Source: an uncultured bacterium
GTDB taxonomy: Bacteria > Oederibacteriota > JAAXVQ01 > JAUVAV01
Assembly: GCA_963710755.1 (NCBI GenBank)
Contig: CAVQBK010000013.1
Location: forward strand, 160,001-224,000
Direction: 5' to 3'
Length of the DNA stretch: 64,000 nt
The first letter of the stretch is position 1, and each line of letters starts with the position of its first letter. Positions 54,399 through 64,000 of the stretch are shown piece after piece. The position numbers and the translations under genes were made by a program. Below the pieces are notes generated by a model, which worked only from the letters and a program-made list of their open reading frames with translations, searched no databases and was not told the origin of the DNA.

Positions 54399-55691
54399 TC
54401 AATCGTTTTCATCCTCCGGGCCATAGCGTTTCACCATGGTCAATTCATTGTAATTGTGTAAAGTACTGTATTTGACCTGATCCATAATCTGGTTCACCAT
54501 AAAGGCCCCAACCCCGCGCTTTTTACCTTTTAAAACATTGGACTTGATAGTGGACGTATCCTGCTTGGTAATGTCAAAAGGATCACCATAATCACGAATT
54601 TGGATTTTGACCTGTTTTTTTTGAAAGTGAACGCGCAGCACCAAAATCTGCCAGGGATCAAAATCATTACCGTGTTCCATCAAATTGAGAAGAATCTCTT
54701 CCACGGCCAGCACCACTTCATTGGTTGTTTCCGGACTCATGCCTTCTTTTTCACATAAGCCTGTTAAAGATACTCTGATCACACCCATATAATTAACATC
54801 AGCGTTGATCTTTAACTCCATGCCTTTATATTTAGATTTGCGGCGTTTGGCTGTGGACCCGCTTTTAATAGTGAGTTGATTGCCCCACTCATCAATCTGA
54901 AAGGTCTCGTCACAATGTTCACATCGGTAAAGATCCGGGCCGGTGACCACCATCTCGTGGCCGCAAGTTTTACATTGCACCGTAAGGGGAAAAACTGCTT
55001 TTTCAGTTTTTTCCTTCACCTCCACTTGCAACTGCCCGCTTTTACCCCGGTCTTCCACGCGCAGGCTGACAGAGCCTGAAGCGCTGAGCGTGACCTCACC
55101 CTCCCATACCCCTTGCTTAAAGCCCTGCAATTGCTGAGGCAAAACCATACCTTCCTGGCAGCGTAAATCAGGTTGGTCATGGTAATCTCCAAGCAGGCCT
55201 GATTCTTTTGTTTGCGCTTCCACTCTAAGCATCACCGGCGTGCCACGGTAGACTTCACTTGCCGGGAGGGATAACACAAAATGATCCAATTCGTCCACCA
55301 GGGCTTCCCCGGCGGACCATTGGGTAAGCTGAGCAGGGGTGTCAATCAATTCGATCATGTCATCAAGCCCGATGGAGGCAAATACTTTTCTGATTTTTGG
55401 AGAGACATGACAAACCTTGATGTCGCCTTCCGGGCGGTCTCTGAATTCCCCTACCATGCCCACGAAAATACCCACGCCGGCGGAACTGATGTAATCAACA
55501 GCTTGTAAATCAATCAAAATTTTGGCCTGATCCCGGTTAAGCTGCTGCTGCAATTGGGCTTCAAAATCATGTGCAGTATCGGAATCAATGGAGCCCTGAA
55601 TTTTTAATAATTGCACGCCCGGCAAATGATCTATCGTTTCATAGACAAATGTCAATTCTTGTCCCATAAGTCCTCCGTTCTTTCCAACCAT
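54399..55691 (-). CDS. Fusion: STAS anti-sigma antagonist + Ig-like + Zn ribbon + RsbW-like HATPase
   Basis: VDYISSAGVG (STAS), CKTC...CEHC, LAVEEILLNLMEHG, IRDYGDPFD, RGVGAFMVNQIMD. Confidence 0.88.
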   Translation of the reverse strand: MVGKNGGLMGQELTFVYETIDHLPGVQLLKIQGSIDSDTAHDFEAQLQQQLNRDQAKILIDLQAVDYISSAGVGIFVGMVGEFRDRPEGDIKVCHVSPKIRKVFASIGLDDMIELIDTPAQLTQWSAGEALVDELDHFVLSLPASEVYRGTPVMLRVEAQTKESGLLGDYHDQPDLRCQEGMVLPQQLQGFKQGVWEGEVTLSASGSVSLRVEDRGKSGQLQVEVKEKTEKAVFPLTVQCKTCGHEMVVTGPDLYRCEHCDETFQIDEWGNQLTIKSGSTAKRRKSKYKGMELKINADVNYMGVIRVSLTGLCEKEGMSPETTNEVVLAVEEILLNLMEHGNDFDPWQILVLRVHFQKKQVKIQIRDYGDPFDITKQDTSTIKSNVLKGKKRGVGAFMVNQIMDQVKYSTLHNYNELTMVKRYGPEDEND

Positions 55692-57334
55692 TATTTTTTC
55701 TTTTTTGACTTGGCTGTTTCAATTTTATTGTTGAGTTTGGTTATGCTGCGCTTATCGCCCAAGGCTTTGGCAATAATCAGCAAATGCCGGTCTTCATAGG
55801 TCTTGAGGGTTCCGGTCACAATAGTTTCGATGCGTCCGGCTTGGTCATCACTGGTTAAGAACGTCGCGATGACCCGGCCAAAATAATCCCACTGCTGTCC
55901 CTGACCATCGCTGGAAGATGGGGATTTGGTCTGTTGGTATTGTGCGTAAAACTGATTGGCCAGCTTCTGTTCTTCTTTATCTAAAACCGCATCTTTAATT
56001 TTACGGTCCAATCCCAACCCCGCATAGGCCACTTTATTTTTATCGTGATTTAAATACTGGTCTATCAAAAGCAATTGGAACGTCTTAAAGGCTACTGCAC
56101 CATCTTCTTCCAAATGGGTGTGGCTAAAAGATACATTTCGGGCATCGTCCGATTGGGCTTGATTGTACTGATCAATGGCATGCAAACAATCATGGAACCA
56201 ATCGATTCTCAGCTGATCCAGTCCGTGGGCAACGTCTATGTGAATAGGGTTGGTGCCTGAAGATTTGGCCGCCTCTGCAGGAGGAGCTTCTGCTTCTTCT
56301 TTGGCCTTGGCTTCTGCTTCTTCTTTGGCCTTGGCTTCTGCTTCTTCTTTGGCCTTGGCTTCTGCTTCTTCTTTGGCCTTGGCTTCTGCTTCTTCTTTGG
56401 CCTTGGCTTCTGCTTCTTCTTTGGCCTTGGCTTCTGCTTCTTCTTTGGCCTTGGCTTCTGCTTCTTCTTTGGCCTTGGCTTCTGCTTCTTCTTTGGCCTT
56501 GGCTTCTGCTTCTTCTTTGGCCTTGGCTTCTGCTTCTTCTTTGGCCTTGGCTTCTGCTTCTTCTTTGGCCTTGGCTTCTGCTTCTTCTTTGGCCTTGGCT
56601 TCTGCTTCTTCTTTGGCCTTGGCTTCTGCTTCTTCTTTGGCCTTGGCTTCTGCTTCTTCTTTGGCCTTGGCTTCTGCTTCTTCTTTGGCCTTGGCTTCTG
56701 CTTCTTCTTTGGCCTTGGCTTCTGCTTCTTCTTTGGCCTTGGCTTCTGCTTCTTCTTTGGCCTTGGCTTCTGCTTCTTCTTTGGCCTTGGCTTCTGCTTC
56801 TTCTTTCGCCTTGGCTTCTGCTTCTTCTTTGGCCTTGGCTTCTGCTTCTTCTTTCGCCTTGGCTTCTGCTTCTTCTTTGGCCTTGGCTTCTGCTTCTTCT
56901 TTGGCCTTGGCTTCTGCTTCTTCTTTCGCCTTGGCTTCTGCTTCTTCTTTGGCTTTGGCTTCTGCTTCTTCTTTCGCCTTGGCTTCTGCTTCTTCTTTGG
57001 CCTTGGCTTCTGCTTCTTCAGTAGGAGCTTCTGATCTTTTTAAATTTCGAGAGATTTGTTGATCCACATGGTTTTCTTTGGCAATTTCAGCAACAGCTGC
57101 CGCTCCGGCTGCGGAGGCAAGGCTACCCTTTTCTTTTTTTTCTGCTTTCGGTTCCTGGACTTTATTCTTTTTGGCCAATAATGAAAAGAGTATCCAGTAG
57201 ACCGTGGTCAGAACGAGCGCTACCACAAAAAAAGTACCAAAAGGCATGATACCTTGGGCTACCATGGCCAACATGCTCGGCCCAATAATAAATAATGAAA
57301 TCACCAATAATTCTTTCATTTCCATTTCTCCCAT
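55691..57334 (-). CDS. Membrane-anchored protein with TolA-like EEAEAKAK repeat stalk
   Basis: Two N-terminal TM segments, 30 octapeptide repeats, ~190-aa C-terminal domain. Confidence 0.8.
   Translation of the reverse strand: MGEMEMKELLVISLFIIGPSMLAMVAQGIMPFGTFFVVALVLTTVYWILFSLLAKKNKVQEPKAEKKEKGSLASAAGAAAVAEIAKENHVDQQISRNLKRSEAPTEEAEAKAKEEAEAKAKEEAEAKAKEEAEAKAKEEAEAKAKEEAEAKAKEEAEAKAKEEAEAKAKEEAEAKAKEEAEAKAKEEAEAKAKEEAEAKAKEEAEAKAKEEAEAKAKEEAEAKAKEEAEAKAKEEAEAKAKEEAEAKAKEEAEAKAKEEAEAKAKEEAEAKAKEEAEAKAKEEAEAKAKEEAEAKAKEEAEAKAKEEAEAKAKEEAEAKAKEEAEAKAKEEAEAKAKEEAEAKAKEEAEAPPAEAAKSSGTNPIHIDVAHGLDQLRIDWFHDCLHAIDQYNQAQSDDARNVSFSHTHLEEDGAVAFKTFQLLLIDQYLNHDKNKVAYAGLGLDRKIKDAVLDKEEQKLANQFYAQYQQTKSPSSSDGQGQQWDYFGRVIATFLTSDDQAGRIETIVTGTLKTYEDRHLLIIAKALGDKRSITKLNNKIETAKSKKKK
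56286..57019. repeat. 24-bp coding tandem repeat, 30 full copies plus a partial
   Basis: Unit TTTGGCCTTGGCTTCTGCTTCTTC from 56300 to 57019, a few TTTCGCC variants. Confidence 0.95.
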
Positions 57335-57529
57335 TTAAATGATTAGCCCAAAGGCATTTATAGGGGTTAACCGGAATAGTGGCTTGTCTATCACCACAAA
57401 AGCCTCGCGGTTCCTGGTTGACTGTCACAAGCTTGAATTCAAAATCTCCATAATCTATGAACCATTAATACTATATCGGCAGTAAGCTACATATTCAAGT
57501 CAGATGGAAAAATAATTATAAGCAGCTCT

Positions 57530-58360
57530 CTAGTCAGTGCGTAATATTTTTCTGATGATGGTCATGAGCAGGAAAAACATAAAATTGATCATGACAATCG
57601 TTGCCCCGGCCGGAAAATTAAGCAAGAAAGCCAATAGGATACCAAAAAGCACGGATCCGACCGCAATCATAACAGCAATGAGGATAGCCTGCCGGAACCC
57701 TTTGGCAATCTGTAGGGCGGAAATGGGAGGGAAAATGATCAAACTGGCCACCAACATGGTGCCTACCACTTTGATGCCCAAAATCACGGTCAAAGCGGTA
57801 AGAAGTACCAGCAGTCGATCCATACGCCTGGTCTTGATGCCCTGTACCCTGGCATGATCTTCGTCAAAGGTAATGGCAAACAGTTCATTAAAGAAAACGA
57901 TGATGGTGATAAGGACCAGAAGCGATAAGACAATAGCAAAAATGGTCTCCACCTTGCTTACTGCCAGAATATCGCCAAATAAATAACTGAACAGGTCTAC
58001 ATTGAATCCGCCCGCCTTGCTGGCCAGGATAATGCCCAGGGCAATACCAATGGCCGAGATGAGGCCAATGGCCGCATCACTATAAACATTGGCGCGCTCA
58101 GCCAGGTGCAAAATCCAAAAGGATGCCAGCACAGCCAGGGGAGCGGCCACATAAAAGGGGTAGACATTGATCAGCAGGCCCAGGCCGATGGTGCCAAAGG
58201 AAAAATGGGACAGGCCTTCGCCAATCAGAGATAAGCGTTTTAAAACCAAAAACACGCCCAGGCAGGCGCAGGAAACTGCAATAAATGTGCCGCTAAGCAA
58301 GGCCCTTTGAATAAAGCCCAATTTCAACCCTTCAAGAATGGTGTCCATGGCCCGGCTCAC
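57530..58360 (-). CDS. znuB: Zn/Mn ABC transporter permease
   Basis: SLIGEGLSH, YLFGDIL, FDEDHARVQG, VGTMLV, PAGATIV. Confidence 0.88.
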   Translation of the reverse strand: MSRAMDTILEGLKLGFIQRALLSGTFIAVSCACLGVFLVLKRLSLIGEGLSHFSFGTIGLGLLINVYPFYVAAPLAVLASFWILHLAERANVYSDAAIGLISAIGIALGIILASKAGGFNVDLFSYLFGDILAVSKVETIFAIVLSLLVLITIIVFFNELFAITFDEDHARVQGIKTRRMDRLLVLLTALTVILGIKVVGTMLVASLIIFPPISALQIAKGFRQAILIAVMIAVGSVLFGILLAFLLNFPAGATIVMINFMFFLLMTIIRKILRTD

Positions 58361-59117
58361 TTTCGTGTTGATGACAAATCACATGCTGCGCAAAGTCTCC
58401 AAACAGTCCGGTCATTTCTTCGGATATGCAAAAATCTTTGAATGATCCGAAAAAAATCAACCGGCGATCCAAATAAATCATCTTGGTGGCGTAGTGCCCA
58501 ATGGTACCGCTGTCATGGGTAACGAGCAGCACGGTTACTTTTTTTTCTTGGTTCAGGCTAAGAAGGGTTTGGTAGAAATTTTCCCTGGCTTCCGGATCCA
58601 AGGCCACTGTAGGTTCATCCAGAATAAGCAGGCTCGGTTCATTCACCAAAGCCCGGGCTAAATACACCCGCTGGCGCTGGCCGCCGGATAAATTGCCGAT
58701 TTGCCGGCGTTCAAGTTCCTTGATCTTCAACAGGTTCATCACAGCTTCCAGTTTGTCTTTATCCTTGTCCGTCTGGTGTCTGGGAAAACGTTTTTGGCTG
58801 AGCAGGCCGGTCGCCACAATCTCCCGGACCGTGGCTGGAAACCCTTGTTTGGGCAGAACCGTAAATTGCGGCAGGTAACCGATCCGATGCCAATCCTTAA
58901 ACTGAGCCAGCGGCGTACCGAAGAGACGGATCTGCCCGCCCGACATAGGCACCAGATTGAGCAGTGCCTTGATGAACGTGGTTTTGCCGGAACCATTGGG
59001 GCCAACGACGCCGAAATATTCCCCTGGAGGTAATTGCAAACTCACCTGGTCCAAAACTACACTGTCCTGATATTTAATGGTTAAATGGGAACAGTCGATA
59101 ATGCTCGGTTCAGTCAC
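58332..59117 (-). CDS. znuC: Zn/Mn ABC transporter ATP-binding protein
   Basis: GPNGSGKT, IGYLPQ, LSGGQRQR, LDEPT, His-rich tail. Confidence 0.88.
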   Translation of the reverse strand: MTEPSIIDCSHLTIKYQDSVVLDQVSLQLPPGEYFGVVGPNGSGKTTFIKALLNLVPMSGGQIRLFGTPLAQFKDWHRIGYLPQFTVLPKQGFPATVREIVATGLLSQKRFPRHQTDKDKDKLEAVMNLLKIKELERRQIGNLSGGQRQRVYLARALVNEPSLLILDEPTVALDPEARENFYQTLLSLNQEKKVTVLLVTHDSGTIGHYATKMIYLDRRLIFFGSFKDFCISEEMTGLFGDFAQHVICHQHESEPGHGHHS

Positions 59118-60033
59118 ACAGCGCCTCTTTTAAATAGGTTAGGTTCTTTTTCATGATGGAGAGGTAATCTTGATGGGTTTGGGTTTCTTCTTTTGACAAA
59201 TTGGCCAGGGTGTGTAAAGGCCTGAGACGGGCACCTGTTTCCTCGGCCATAACCTGCGCCATTTTAGGTTTGGTCATAGCTTCATAAAAAATAATTTTAA
59301 TATTATCCTTTTTCAGCTTTTCCACCACCTTGACCAGGCGGTCCGGGCTGGGACGGGCATTGGGAGAATAACCTTCATAAGCGGTGATGGTCTTTAAATT
59401 ATAACGGCGCGCAAAATAATTAAAAAATTGGTGGCCTGAAATGGCGATAGTGCGGTGCGGGCATGAGGCCAGGCTTTTGGTGATGGTGGTGTTTAATTGT
59501 TCCAGTCGACCGATATAAGCTTGTGCATTTTTTTCAAACTCAGCTTTATGAGATGGTTGCTGTTCAATTAATAATTTTGCAATGGCTCTGACCATTGCCT
59601 GCGCAATAACAGGATCGAGCCAGTAATGAGGATCTTCGAGATGGTGATGATCCTCCGTCGAGGTGGCGGTGCCGGTCTCGGCCATCAACGCCTTGGGATT
59701 GATCATCTTGCTGAGATCGACAATCTTCAAGGTCGGCGTTTGCAGACTTTCCATCATGTCCGTTACCCATGGTTCCATGGAAGCACTGGTATAAATAAAT
59801 AAATTAGCCTTCATGATCTCCACAATATTCCTGGGGGTGGGACTGAAACTGTGGGCTTCCACCCCGGGCGGCAAAAGCAACTTGACCTCCACCAGACTCC
59901 CCCCCACTTGCCGGACAAATTCATAAGTGGGATAAATGGTGGTTATCACCCTAATGGGTGACGCAGCCGCCCAAGATGGCAAGGTCGCACACAACAAGCT
60001 TATCCAGATAAAGAGTTTGGCGCCACTTTTCAT
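59110..60033 (-). CDS. znuA: Zn ABC transporter substrate-binding protein
   Basis: EAHSFSPTP, His-rich loop DHHHLEDPHYWLDP. Confidence 0.88.
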   Translation of the reverse strand: MKSGAKLFIWISLLCATLPSWAAASPIRVITTIYPTYEFVRQVGGSLVEVKLLLPPGVEAHSFSPTPRNIVEIMKANLFIYTSASMEPWVTDMMESLQTPTLKIVDLSKMINPKALMAETGTATSTEDHHHLEDPHYWLDPVIAQAMVRAIAKLLIEQQPSHKAEFEKNAQAYIGRLEQLNTTITKSLASCPHRTIAISGHQFFNYFARRYNLKTITAYEGYSPNARPSPDRLVKVVEKLKKDNIKIIFYEAMTKPKMAQVMAEETGARLRPLHTLANLSKEETQTHQDYLSIMKKNLTYLKEALCD

Positions 60034-60135
60034 AAATCCTCCGCCGATGATGGATGGTTAGCGCGCTATTATAGCTTGAGTGAGAAAGATTTGGCAAGAT
60101 TAAGCGAGTACTCAGGGAGGGACTGGCAGGAGCGT

Positions 60136-60615
60136 TTAGCCGTGGGTGAGTACAATCACGTAACAATAAATTTCATCGATCTTGACTAATTCGGCCAGGA
60201 GTTCCTGTCCTTGCCTGAGTTTGACAACACCGTCAATCACGACCGGCAACCCCATATGTTTAACCGTGACCCGTCCGCCCAGCACACCTTTGGTCATGCC
60301 GGCCAGCATATTCACAATTTCCCGCATGGCGTCCAACATATCCAGCTCATCCACGGGTGCCCCGCCCAGGGCCAGGAGCCGTTGCGTTAATTGGCGGCAA
60401 CCCTCATGCGAGGAGATCAGACCTAAATGCACACTGCAGTGATCATAGGTCCAGGGCACATAGGCGCCGACGATTTTTTCCCAGGGCAGATCCACGTCGG
60501 CGGAAACCACGTTGCATTCCTGCATGCACAGCGTGGTCTGTGCAAAATGACGTATGGATTTTACCAAAGCGGCAAGCCACTCCGGTGATGTGGGAACCAA
60601 GGCATGATCATTCAT
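60136..60615 (-). CDS. CheX-family chemotaxis phosphatase
   Basis: DAMREIVNMLAG (ExxN) and GLPVVIDG; start at ATG 60615. Confidence 0.75.
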   Translation of the reverse strand: MNDHALVPTSPEWLAALVKSIRHFAQTTLCMQECNVVSADVDLPWEKIVGAYVPWTYDHCSVHLGLISSHEGCRQLTQRLLALGGAPVDELDMLDAMREIVNMLAGMTKGVLGGRVTVKHMGLPVVIDGVVKLRQGQELLAELVKIDEIYCYVIVLTHG

Positions 60616-60967
60616 AGCTATTCCTGATGCTGTTCCTTTTTTGGACACCAAATTGCTGCTTTGTTATTTTCGGCGTTTCCAGGGAAGAATTTAATTTTTC
60701 TCTTTCACTATCGTATCCATGATGCGTTTTATACGATCAGTCGCCAATGGCAATCTGGTAAAACTGGGCGCATGACGCATTAAGGGCAGGAAGCTTTACC
60801 GTGGTCCGTCCACTGCATAATCACTTGGCCCGGTAATTTGCCCATCGTCCATTGCTGGCACGTAACGGCCTGGAAAAACGACCAAACTCTCCCTTTTAGT
60901 GAAAAATCAGACCACCCGCTTTGCATGAGGAATTGATAAAAATCCCAACAGCTAGGACTGCCTGCTC

Positions 60968-62074
60968 TTATTTCTCCACATGCTTCAAATATTGTCCATA
61001 GCCGTGTTTTTCCATCTGCGCTGCCGGAATAAAGCGCAAAGCCGCAGAATTGATGCAATAACGCAGGCCCGTAGGCTCTGGGCCGTCGTTGAAGACATGA
61101 CCCAGATGAGAATTGGCTTGCGTGCTTCTGACTTCGGTCCTGGTTGTAAACAAAGACCGGTCTTGCTTTTCTACTACATGGCCTTTTTCCAGGGGCGCAT
61201 AAAAACTAGGCCATCCGGTCCCGGAATTATATTTTTCCTTGGAGGAAAACAAAGGCTCTCCGGAAACCACATCCACGTAAATACCTTCTTCTTTATTATC
61301 CCAATAGGCATTTTGAAAAGCCGGTTCCGTGCCGTTTTGTTGGGTAACTTTGAATTGCATGGGTGTCAATTTGTTTTTAAGCGTGGTTTTATCCAGTTTG
61401 GTCCCCGGGGACGTTGGATCGTGGGCCCAAGTTTTTTCCAGAAAAGGAACCCGGCCCGAAAGCACACTATAATTCTTGTAATGGGTACTGTTGGTTTGAT
61501 AGTAGTGCTGATGATAATCTTCAGCCTTGTAAAACGTGGTCGCTTTCTTTATAGCTGTGACAATGGGTTTGTCGAAGCGCCCCGACTCGGACAGCGCGGC
61601 TTTGGATCGCTCCGCCTCTTGACGCTGCTGTTCGTCCACATAAAAGATAACGCTCTCATATTGGCGTCCTCTGTCGGCGAATTGTCCACCGGCATCGGTG
61701 GGATCAATACTTCTCCAAAACACATCCAGTAAAGCCGAATAGGACACCACCTTTGGGTCATAGGTGACTTCCACTGCTTCCAAATGACCCGTGGTGCCTG
61801 AAGAAACTTCTTCATAAGTAGGATTAACTTTCTTCCCTCCCGTATAGCCTACCTCCACCTCTTTGACGCCCTTGAGACGTTCATAGGGGGGCTCCATACA
61901 CCAAAAGCATCCTCCTGCGAATATGGCTTTTTTCATGACTTTTTCCTCAGCTATAGCCATCATGGCACCTCCCACGCTCAATATCATGATCAAAATCGCC
62001 GGCATTGAGACTCGCCAAACCATTGGTCTGTTGCTGCTGATTTTCATGTTCCTCGCCACCCTCTGTGGGATCAT
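60968..62074 (-). CDS. msrAB: Bifunctional methionine sulfoxide reductase A/B with N-terminal export signal
   Basis: [14 protein letters not shown] (MsrA); [23 protein letters not shown] (MsrB); start uncertain. Confidence 0.95.
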   Translation of the reverse strand: MIPQRVARNMKISSNRPMVWRVSMPAILIMILSVGGAMMAIAEEKVMKKAIFAGGCFWCMEPPYERLKGVKEVEVGYTGGKKVNPTYEEVSSGTTGHLEAVEVTYDPKVVSYSALLDVFWRSIDPTDAGGQFADRGRQYESVIFYVDEQQRQEAERSKAALSESGRFDKPIVTAIKKATTFYKAEDYHQHYYQTNSTHYKNYSVLSGRVPFLEKTWAHDPTSPGTKLDKTTLKNKLTPMQFKVTQQNGTEPAFQNAYWDNKEEGIYVDVVSGEPLFSSKEKYNSGTGWPSFYAPLEKGHVVEKQDRSLFTTRTEVRSTQANSHLGHVFNDGPEPTGLRYCINSAALRFIPAAQMEKHGYGQYLKHVEK

Positions 62075-62230
62075 TCATCATTAAGATATGATATTGGACC
62101 AGCTGATTGGTGAAAAAGTTTGAGCTCCAATTCCTATGGAGTCATAAAAGGAAGGTAACGGAGGGCACAAATCTATATCAATGACAAAAATCAACGATGG
62201 CCAATTTTTTCTTAATAAGACAAGGCCGGT

Positions 62231-62593
62231 TCAGCCAATCAATTCCTTGACCATGCTGACAAGTTCCTGACGGATAAAGGGTTTGGATAATACCCGGTCT
62301 GCACCCAGGCACTGACTGACACTCAGGTAATTTGGATCGCCCCCGGACATCACAATGCTCTTGATTTGAGGATGGGATTTTCTCAAGTAATTGATCAACT
62401 CCAGGCCGTCGCCGTCGGGCATGAGAATATCGGTGATGACCAAATCTACTTGCTTGCCTTTTAATAGTTTAATGGCTTCCTGACCGGTACCGGCTGTAGT
62501 CACCTGGAATCCGCAATCTGAGAACACCATATTTAATGCGCTTCTTATGCCTTCTTCATCTTCCACAATAAGCAGATGTTTGCTGAATTCCAT
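62231..62593 (-). CDS. Single-domain response regulator
   Basis: IVEDE, TDILMP, LSKPF. Confidence 0.9.
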   Translation of the reverse strand: MEFSKHLLIVEDEEGIRSALNMVFSDCGFQVTTAGTGQEAIKLLKGKQVDLVITDILMPDGDGLELINYLRKSHPQIKSIVMSGGDPNYLSVSQCLGADRVLSKPFIRQELVSMVKELIG

Positions 62594-62752
62594 CTATACA
62601 CCTTTCACCATATGCTGGGTTCAGTAACGGCAGAAAGGCCAAAAAACTTAACGCACAGTATGTCCTCCCTATACTTTTTATTTTATCCTAGAGGGTGTGC
62701 TTTACCTTGTGATAGACTTGAACCAGGCCGGTTGGCGGAAAGGCGATTGGAG

Positions 62753-63703
62753 ATGGCCCCTTCCTTTAAAAAGGTTCAAATTATTTACAATCCCAATTCC
62801 GGTCAGGGCTTTAAATGGCCTTGGTTTCGCCGTTTAGTGCTGGGCCTGCCCGGCCGAAGCGGCCCTGCCCCTATTCATCCCGACGCCTATTTGGATAATT
62901 TGCACGCGGAATTAATGGCCCTGGGCATTGAGGCCGAGGGTAGCAAAACCAGCTCCGCCGAGGAAGCCACGGCGCTGGCCGCGGCCTGCAGCCAAGCTGA
63001 TTATGATCTGGTGATTGCCGCCGGCGGGGACGGCACCATAAACGCTGTCATCAACGGCCTGGCTCAGCGCCGCACCGCCCTGGCCATTGTGCCTTCCGGC
63101 ACCATCAATTTGCTCAGTCTGCAATTAAATCTACCTGCCACCATCCGCGAAGCCTGCGAACGCATTCGGCACGGCCAATTACAAAAAATCGATCTCGGTT
63201 TGCTCAACCAACGGTATTTTGCCTCCCTGGCCGGGATTGGCTTTGACGCCTTCGTGGTGAAGAACACCGACACCCGCCTGAAACGGCGGCTGGGCATGAT
63301 GGCCTACGCCCTTTCGTTTATCGGCAGTTCTTTGGTTTATCCGTTTCGTTCCATTGATATAAAAATGGACGACGATCCCAATGTCCATTCCGGATATATG
63401 TTCATTGTGGGGAACGTAAAATATTACGGCGGACGCATGATCTTACAGCCTACGGCTGCAGTCACGGACGGTATGTTGGATTTGTGTATTATCAAAAAGC
63501 GGGATTTTTTATCCTTTATCAATTACATGTGGCGGTTACGCCACGGTGACATTGCCCGTTATATGGACGTGGATTATTTTAAATGCCGTCAAATTCACGT
63601 GTTGAATAAAAAAGAGTATATCCAAGTGGATGGTGACTATGTGGGCCGCCTGGCCTCGATCCATATCCAGGTGGTGCCTCAAGCCCTGAATATTGTGGTA
63701 TGA
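62753..63703 (+). CDS. Diacylglycerol/lipid kinase family (YegS/BmrU-like)
   Basis: YNPNSG, AGGDGTIN, PSGTIN, GIGFDA, QVDGD; start moved to ATG 62753. Confidence 0.9.
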   Translation: MAPSFKKVQIIYNPNSGQGFKWPWFRRLVLGLPGRSGPAPIHPDAYLDNLHAELMALGIEAEGSKTSSAEEATALAAACSQADYDLVIAAGGDGTINAVINGLAQRRTALAIVPSGTINLLSLQLNLPATIREACERIRHGQLQKIDLGLLNQRYFASLAGIGFDAFVVKNTDTRLKRRLGMMAYALSFIGSSLVYPFRSIDIKMDDDPNVHSGYMFIVGNVKYYGGRMILQPTAAVTDGMLDLCIIKKRDFLSFINYMWRLRHGDIARYMDVDYFKCRQIHVLNKKEYIQVDGDYVGRLASIHIQVVPQALNIVV

Positions 63704-63710
63704 TGGGCGC

Positions 63711-64000
63711 TCAGGAAGCGTGGGTCAAAGGCCGTTCGTGGAACGGGACAACCCTAGGGCCGGCGGTAAAGGTCGGCTGGTCCTGCGGAAAAGTAAACAA
63801 GTCGCGGATAACTTTTTCCCAGTCATAAAAATCAACCGCGTTTTGCCTGGCCCGCTGCCGATAACTGCGAAAAACTTCCGGATTCTTCTCCTTAAGACCC
63901 AGTAACAGCTTGATGCCCTCCACCCAGTTGGTCAGATGATTGGCCGGACAGATCAATCCGCTTTGCTGATGCAGCACAATTTCCTTGGGCCCGCCTGTAT
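63711..64000 (-). CDS. C-terminal part of a glycosyltransferase family 4 protein (5'-truncated)
   Basis: TGGPKEIVLHQQSGLIC...RARQNAVDFYDWEKV, typical GT-B C-terminus. Confidence 0.75.
   Translation of the reverse strand, partial: TGGPKEIVLHQQSGLICPANHLTNWVEGIKLLLGLKEKNPEVFRSYRQRARQNAVDFYDWEKVIRDLFTFPQDQPTFTAGPRVVPFHERPLTHAS

Noticed and set aside
56250-57062. 270-aa plus-strand ORF (LALASASSS repeats), and the repeat as a possible CRISPR array
   Set aside because: It is the antisense shadow of the EEAEAKAK repeat; the units are contiguous with no spacers and no cas genes are nearby.
60034-60135. Zur box upstream of znuA
   Set aside because: No convincing palindrome seen.

Overview
Chromosomal window from a diderm bacterium. 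The PorV-like barrel plus CTD-type cargo and the giant multidomain proteins resemble Elusimicrobiota/Omnitrophota/FCPU426-type genomes, but the lineage is only a guess. Housekeeping genes include leuA, tag, asnS, plsC, peroxiredoxin, znuABC, msrAB, RND/TolC and several signalling proteins. Among them lie three paralogous giant minus-strand genes: <1..4263 (absent from the ORF track because it runs off the window edge), 7190..15121 and 39991..47004. They share a signal peptide and a conserved ~460-aa N-terminal module (IQDxHC...IGxEG...GAEY...DQRS...GGYH...NPYF) whose motif order fits the TIKI/TraB/ChaN/EreA/RRSP fold. Their C-terminal parts are unrelated: an intact HD-GYP domain, CPBP-like membrane segments, helical repeats, a degenerate GlpX domain and tandem HD domains. 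This looks like a polymorphic multi-cargo protein family. Other notable items: a two-component system with matching 11-bp-period GTCA repeats upstream of both itself and a TPR-barrel/adhesin/PorV cluster; a frameshifted TPR-barrel gene; an unannotated decayed Fur/PerR gene upstream of peroxiredoxin; a STAS-Ig-Zn-RsbW fusion; a 30x24-bp coding tandem repeat; and a candidate leuA leader peptide. No rRNA, tRNA, CRISPR array or transposase was recognised.
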